From Candidatus Aldehydirespirator sp. (GTDB taxonomy: Bacteria; Actinomycetota; Acidimicrobiia; Acidimicrobiales; Aldehydirespiratoraceae): a DNA stretch of 64,000 nucleotides. The stretch lies in the NCBI GenBank assembly GCA_965220645.1, contig OZ244836.1, forward strand, positions 660,075-724,074, given 5' to 3'. The notes under the pieces are model-generated. The model was not told the origin of the DNA, searched no databases, and was given only the letters and a program-made list of their open reading frames with translations. This document shows positions 59,249 through 64,000 of the stretch, piece by piece (within the stretch, counting starts at the first letter, position 1; the number at the start of each line of letters is the position of its first letter). Position numbers and translations under genes: made by a program.

Positions 59249-60337
59249 CTAGAGGCGGGAACGGAGCGCGACGATGGGGTCGACGCCGGTGATGCGGCGC
59301 ACCGCGATGAGGCAGCCGGCCATCCCGAACGCGATCAGCAGCGCGACCGAGGTCACGATGGGGGCGGTCTCGAGCCGGAACGGGACGTCGGACGACCCCA
59401 CCAGCTGTCCCAGCCCGACCGCGACGGCCGCGCCGAGCGCGGTGGCCGACAGCAACACGATGGCCATCTGGCCCAGCGCGTCGCGCACGACGTAGGCCGT
59501 CGACGCGCCCAGCGCCTTGAGCAGCCCGATCTCGCTGGCGCGCTGCACCGTCCACACGGTGAAGAACGCCCCGACGATCATGGCTGAGATCAGCAGCAGG
59601 AAGGCTTGGATCAGGCTCATGGTCTGGGTCTCGCCGGTGTAGCCCGGAGAGCCCTTGTAGGCGTCCTCGCGGGTCTCGGCCTCGGTGCCGGCCAGCGCGT
59701 CGATGGCGGCCAGGTCGGCGCCGTCGCCGGCCCGCACCGCGATGGCGGAGAACCGGTCGTCGGCGTTGTCGCCGTAGAGCAGATGCTGCCAGGTCTCCAG
59801 GGTGGTGAACGCGATGTCGACGTGGCCGTAGGTGCCGGCGAACGTGAACCCCAGGATCGGGAGCCGCTGCTCGATGCCGACCACGGTCACCTCGTCGCCC
59901 GCCTCGAGCCCCTCGGACCGCAGCTCCTCGCTCAGCACCAGCCCGGCCCCGCCTTGCAGCGCGGCTCGGGCTTCGTCGTTGGGCGCGAGGAAGCTGTCGG
60001 GGGCGATCCCGAACAGCGCCATGTCGATGGTCGAACCGTCGTCGAGGCGGGCGTTGAAGAACGACGCCCCGACCGGGGTGGCCGCCACTCCCTCGGCGCT
60101 CTGCCACAGCTGGAGGTTCTCCGGGGTCAGGTTGGAGCGGCTGAAGGTGCTCTCGGCCCCCGGCTGGAACGCGAGGTGGGTCAACGGCAGCCGCCGCAGG
60201 CCCGAGATGCCGTCATCGACCAGGCCGTTGGCCAGCCCCGACAGCAGCGTCGCCATCAGGGCGACCAAACCGATCACGGTGCCGACCAGGGCGAAACGGC
60301 CCCGAGCGAACCACAAGTCACGCAACGCGACGAACAT
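59249..60337 (-). CDS. FtsX/MacB-type ABC permease (HrtB-like)
   Basis: MFVALRDLWFARGRF, EIGLLKALGAS, four TM segments. Confidence 0.9.
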   Translation of the reverse strand: MFVALRDLWFARGRFALVGTVIGLVALMATLLSGLANGLVDDGISGLRRLPLTHLAFQPGAESTFSRSNLTPENLQLWQSAEGVAATPVGASFFNARLDDGSTIDMALFGIAPDSFLAPNDEARAALQGGAGLVLSEELRSEGLEAGDEVTVVGIEQRLPILGFTFAGTYGHVDIAFTTLETWQHLLYGDNADDRFSAIAVRAGDGADLAAIDALAGTEAETREDAYKGSPGYTGETQTMSLIQAFLLLISAMIVGAFFTVWTVQRASEIGLLKALGASTAYVVRDALGQMAIVLLSATALGAAVAVGLGQLVGSSDVPFRLETAPIVTSVALLIAFGMAGCLIAVRRITGVDPIVALRSRL

Positions 60338-60374
60338 CACGAACCTCTCAACATCTTGGCGACGTAACGCCGGC

Positions 60375-60422
60375 ATCATAGCGACAGCGCGTCGACAAGC
60401 AACGCCCTGTGACAAGTGTCAC
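60375..60422 (-). promoter_or_regulatory. Putative promoter and TetR operator of the exporter operon
   Basis: TATGAT -10 (60375-60380, minus strand); palindrome GTGACA-AG-TGTCAC at 60409-60422. Confidence 0.5.
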
Positions 60423-60581
60423 CTCCGCGGCGCCCGCAGCGTCATGACCCTCGCGTCCGCGACGAGCCTGCGCGACAGACGCCGCGTCAGTAACTGCTCC
60501 GTCATGGCCCCTGAGCTTGGCAGCCTGCGTGGCGCCGGAGGTCTGCACGCGTTCGAGCACGTCGGGTAGTTCGCTATATGT

Positions 60582-61649
60582 CTACGGGTTCTGGATCAGA
60601 CCGGTCTCGGCGAGGTGGGGCTCGAATCCGATGCCGGGGGTGTCGGGGACGGCGGCCGTGCCGTCGGGGCCGACGAGGGGGTCGACCACCACCGGGTTCT
60701 GCATCACGAACGACTCGTAGTAGGTGCAGTTGGGGATGGCCGCGCAGAGCTGGAGGCTGAGCAGGCCGCCCCCGTGGACCTCGGCGGTCGTGGCGAACCC
60801 GTCGGCGATGTGGGCGATGCGCATCGCGCCGGTCACGCCGCCGCAGAGGTGGTGGCTGGTCCTGATGAGGTCGCAGGCGCCCGACTGGAGCCATTCGGTC
60901 GCGGTGTAGTGGGCCCCGTCGATGACCTCGGCGCCCAGTATCGGGATGTCGAGGTCGGCGGCCAGGCGGCGGTGCGGCTCCACTGCAAACTCCATCATCG
61001 GCTCCTCGTACCACAGGTAGCCGGCCTCCTCGAGGGCCCGCCCCAGCGGCAGGGCCTCGTGGTAGCGGAACCCGCCCGAGCCGTCGTACATCAAGTCGAC
61101 GCCGTCGCCGACGTGCGCCCTGAGCTCGTGGGCCAGATGGGCGTCGCGGCGCCAGTCGCCCCAGGCGTGGAGCTTGATCGCCCCGAACCCCGCCTCCAGG
61201 CACTGGTCGGCGACCTCGAGGAACTCCGCCACCGAGGAGAACGTGGCGGTGCTGGCGTAGGCGGGCACGCTCGCCCGGTAGCCGCCCAACACCTCGAACA
61301 GCGGCAGGCCCGCGACCTTGGCGGTGATGTCCCAGCAGGCCACGTCGAGCGCGCCGAACACGTACAGCGGGAACTGCACCATGCGGTCGTGCTCCCAGGC
61401 CCGCCGCCACAACAGCTCCTTGCGGAGCGGGTCGGCGCCGATGCCGAGCTGCCTGAGCTGGTCGAGATGGGCCTCGGTTACCCGGCCCCAGTGCTCGACA
61501 GGGCTCCAGCCGTCGGGTCCGTCGTCGGTGCATACCTGGACCCAGGCGTCGCAACGGGTGCCGTCATGGCGGGGGAGCCCGTCGCGCCAGCGAAACAGAG
61601 GGATGTCGTCGCGCTCCAGGACATGCACGCGAACGTCGGTGATCCGCAC
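60582..61649 (-). CDS. Mandelate racemase/muconate lactonizing enzyme family protein
   Basis: ALDVACWDI, AIKLH, LMYD, WYEEP, GAE, EVH. Confidence 0.9.
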   Translation of the reverse strand: MRITDVRVHVLERDDIPLFRWRDGLPRHDGTRCDAWVQVCTDDGPDGWSPVEHWGRVTEAHLDQLRQLGIGADPLRKELLWRRAWEHDRMVQFPLYVFGALDVACWDITAKVAGLPLFEVLGGYRASVPAYASTATFSSVAEFLEVADQCLEAGFGAIKLHAWGDWRRDAHLAHELRAHVGDGVDLMYDGSGGFRYHEALPLGRALEEAGYLWYEEPMMEFAVEPHRRLAADLDIPILGAEVIDGAHYTATEWLQSGACDLIRTSHHLCGGVTGAMRIAHIADGFATTAEVHGGGLLSLQLCAAIPNCTYYESFVMQNPVVVDPLVGPDGTAAVPDTPGIGFEPHLAETGLIQNP

Positions 61650-61772
61650 TCCCGAGGATCGTATCCCCGTCGCACCGCCCCGGCCGCCCACGGCCCGCCT
61701 CCCGGGGCGCCTGCTGCCCGCGTCGCTCGTCTGCTGCCCGCGCCGGCCGTCTGCTGTCCGCCTCTGGCGCTG

Positions 61773-63068
61773 TCAAACCGTCCATTCGGTGCCGGCCGGG
61801 TAGGCGAAGGCGGACGCGGTCTCTGGTCGGAAGGCCGTCCCCGCGCCCGGCCTGGTCGGGAGCCTGTAGCGGCCCGCGGTGACCTCGACGGGATCGGCCA
61901 TGTGCTCGTGGAGGTGCTCGACGTGCTCGATGGCGAGCCGCTGCGGGTCGGCGGCCACGCAGGCGGCGTTGAAGAAGGCGAAATGCTGCACCGCCTCGCA
62001 CAGGCCGACGCCGCCGGCGTGGGGGATCACGTCCGCTCCGGCGTGGGCCGCCAGCAGGATCATGGCGATCAGATCGTGGACGCCGCCCACTCTCGTGGCG
62101 TCGATCTGGAGGATCCGGGCGCCGCCCAGCTGCAGGAGCTGCTTGGCGAGCACGGGGTTGGCGAGGTGCTCGCCGGTGGCGACCGGCACGGGGTGCACCG
62201 CGGCTGCGATGGCGGCGTGGCCGACCACGTCGTCGGGGTGGGTGGGCTCCTCCACCCAGCGCAGGTCGAACTGGGCGAGCCGCCCGATCGCGGCTATGGC
62301 CTCAGGAACGCTCCAGCGCTGGTTGGCGTCGATGGCCAGGGCCGTTTCCGGGCCTGCGGCGTCGCGGGCCAGTCGGAGCCGCCGCCGGTCGGCTTCGGGG
62401 TCGGCGCCGACCTTCAGCTTGATCGTGGTGAAGCCCTGCTCGACTGCTTCGCGGCACAGCCGCACGAGCTTGTCGTCGCTGTAGCCGAGCCAGCCGGGCG
62501 AGGTCGTGTACGCGGCCAGGCCGCGGCGGCGAAGGTCGGCGACGCGGCTGTCGCGCTCGCCGCGGCGCTCCTCGAGGATCTCGCGGGCCCGGCCCGGATC
62601 CAGGAAGTCCGACAGGTACGTCCAGTCGACCAGCGAGGCCACCTCCGTTGGCTCGAGGCGCGCCAGCGCCGACCAGAGCGGCCGCCCCTCGCGCTTGGCC
62701 CGCAGATCCCACACCGCGTTCATCACCGCGCCGACGGCCATGTGCATCACGCCCTTGTCGGGGCCGAGCCAGCGCAGCTGGCTGTCCCAGGCGAGCTCGC
62801 GGTTGATCGCGGCGGGGTCTTCGACGACCGCGTCCACGCTGCGGCCCACGAGGCGCTCGGCCACCGCAGCCACCGCGGCGGCCTGGATGTCGTTGCCGCG
62901 GCCGATGGTGAACACGAACCCGCAGCCGACCAGCTCCGGATCCGAGGTCGCGAGCTCGAGGCATGCGGCCGAGTAGTCCGGGTCGGGGTTCATCGCGTCC
63001 GATCCGTCCAGTGTTCGGCTCGTGGGGAACCTGAGGTCGGTCACGGCCGCGGCGGTGATCCCGGTCAT
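61773..63068 (-). CDS. fucD: L-fuconate dehydratase (enolase superfamily)
   Basis: DLRFPTSRTLDGSDAMNPDPDYS, FTIGRG, QLRWLGPDKG, PHAGGVGLCE. Confidence 0.88.
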   Translation of the reverse strand: MTGITAAAVTDLRFPTSRTLDGSDAMNPDPDYSAACLELATSDPELVGCGFVFTIGRGNDIQAAAVAAVAERLVGRSVDAVVEDPAAINRELAWDSQLRWLGPDKGVMHMAVGAVMNAVWDLRAKREGRPLWSALARLEPTEVASLVDWTYLSDFLDPGRAREILEERRGERDSRVADLRRRGLAAYTTSPGWLGYSDDKLVRLCREAVEQGFTTIKLKVGADPEADRRRLRLARDAAGPETALAIDANQRWSVPEAIAAIGRLAQFDLRWVEEPTHPDDVVGHAAIAAAVHPVPVATGEHLANPVLAKQLLQLGGARILQIDATRVGGVHDLIAMILLAAHAGADVIPHAGGVGLCEAVQHFAFFNAACVAADPQRLAIEHVEHLHEHMADPVEVTAGRYRLPTRPGAGTAFRPETASAFAYPAGTEWTV

Positions 63069-63078
63069 CAGGCCCGAA

Positions 63079-63180
63079 CCTATAGGGCGTGCGGTCCCTA
63101 TAGGGTCGTGCGGTTCCTGCGGGGCGTGCGGTTCCTACGGGGCGTGCGGTCCCTGCGGCGTGCGGTCCCTATAGGGTCGG
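63079..63180. repeat. Degenerate ~18-bp tandem repeats in the divergent intergenic region
   Basis: Five GGGCGTGCGGT(T/C)CCT-like units, three CCTATAGG palindromes. Confidence 0.8.
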
Positions 63181-63187
63181 GCCTCGC

Positions 63188-64000
63188 ATGGGGGGTTCGG
63201 CTCTGCTGCCTGCCGCCGGGTTCGGGACGGCGCCCCTCGGAGGGCTGTACGCGGCGGTGTCGAGGGACGAGGCGGTGGTGGCGGTGGAGGCCGCGGTCGG
63301 GATCGGCTACCGGTACTTCGACACTGCTCCGCTATACGGCTACGGCGCGGCGGAGCGGGCGCTGGGCGAGGCGCTGGCGGGGTGCGGCGCCGATGTCGCG
63401 GTGTCCACCAAGGTCGGGCGCATCGTCGATGAGGACGCGCCGTCGGCGCCGGGCGACATGTTCGCGGGCGGGGCTGGCGCAGCCTCGTTCGACTTCTCCG
63501 CCGACGGGGTGCGCCGGTCGCTGGAGGCGAGCCTGGAGCGCCTGGGCCGCAGCTTCATCGACGTGGTGTTCATACATGATCCCGACGAGCACCCCCGCCA
63601 GGCCCTCGACGAGGCCTATCCGGCGCTGGAGCGCCTGCGGGCCGAGGGCGCAGTCGGCGCGGTCGGCGTCGGGATGAACGAGCCCGACCTGCCGGCGCGG
63701 TTCGTGACCGAGACCGACATCGACGCGGTGCTGATCGCGGGCCGCTACACGCTGCTCGACCGGTCCGCCGAGCAGACGCTGTTCGCCGCGGCCAAGGCCC
63801 GGGGGGTGCATGTCGTGGCCGCGGGGGTCTACAACTCGGGGATACTCACCGGCGCCGAGCGGGCGCCGCACTTCGACTACGCGGACGCACCGCCCCAGAT
63901 CATCGAGCGGGCCGCCCGGCTGCGGTCGGTGTGCGACGACTACGGGGTGCCGCAGGCGGCCGCGGCGGTGCAGTTCACCGCCCGCAGCGAGGCTGTCGGC
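63188..64000 (+). CDS. Aldo/keto reductase (L-fucose/D-threo-aldose dehydrogenase-like), runs off the window
   Basis: GFGTAPLGGLY, YFDTAPLYGYG, VSTKVGR, FIHDPD; absent from the ORF track because no stop codon lies in the window. Confidence 0.88.
   Translation, partial: MGGSALLPAAGFGTAPLGGLYAAVSRDEAVVAVEAAVGIGYRYFDTAPLYGYGAAERALGEALAGCGADVAVSTKVGRIVDEDAPSAPGDMFAGGAGAASFDFSADGVRRSLEASLERLGRSFIDVVFIHDPDEHPRQALDEAYPALERLRAEGAVGAVGVGMNEPDLPARFVTETDIDAVLIAGRYTLLDRSAEQTLFAAAKARGVHVVAAGVYNSGILTGAERAPHFDYADAPPQIIERAARLRSVCDDYGVPQAAAAVQFTARSEAVG

Noticed and set aside
60615-63677. 1020-aa plus-strand ORF
   Set aside because: Antisense shadow of two enolase-family genes in high-GC DNA

Overview
High-GC actinobacterial DNA. 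The SLH proteins, Gly/Glu-rich lipoproteins and fucose catabolism genes suggest an Acidimicrobiia-like, possibly host-associated, organism (inference). About 60% of the window is nested mobile DNA, and the main pattern is mobile elements that sit inside other IS elements at precise sites. (1) Three distinct compact Tn554-like elements (A once; B twice; C twice) each carry two tyrosine recombinases, and B also has a TnpC-like gene. They have TTA(A/T)-initiated terminal inverted repeats, no target duplication and a 6-bp foreign 'coupling' hexamer at the head end. They are inserted in conserved motif codons of IS3 (GSSADN/GDCFDN; IGYN) and IS256 (HFIRN) transposase genes, and removing element plus hexamer restores the host frame at all 5 sites. 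(2) Two IS110 types have non-coding ends with readable bridge-RNA-like guides that match the terminal inverted repeats of IS256 and of IS3-type elements, and they are inserted in those repeats. (3) An IS30 sits in the HSDHGTQF motif of IS3. Passenger genes: a lipoprotein + two-component system + atypical P450 block (10.9-16 kb), a putative defence island (Mrr_N, HNH, AAA-ATPase+PIN, DprA-like, Schlafen-like, REase-nSTAND3), and ordinary genes at the right end (protease, TetR/ABC exporter, fuconate dehydratase, aldo-keto reductase). All alignments were done by eye; no database searches were run.
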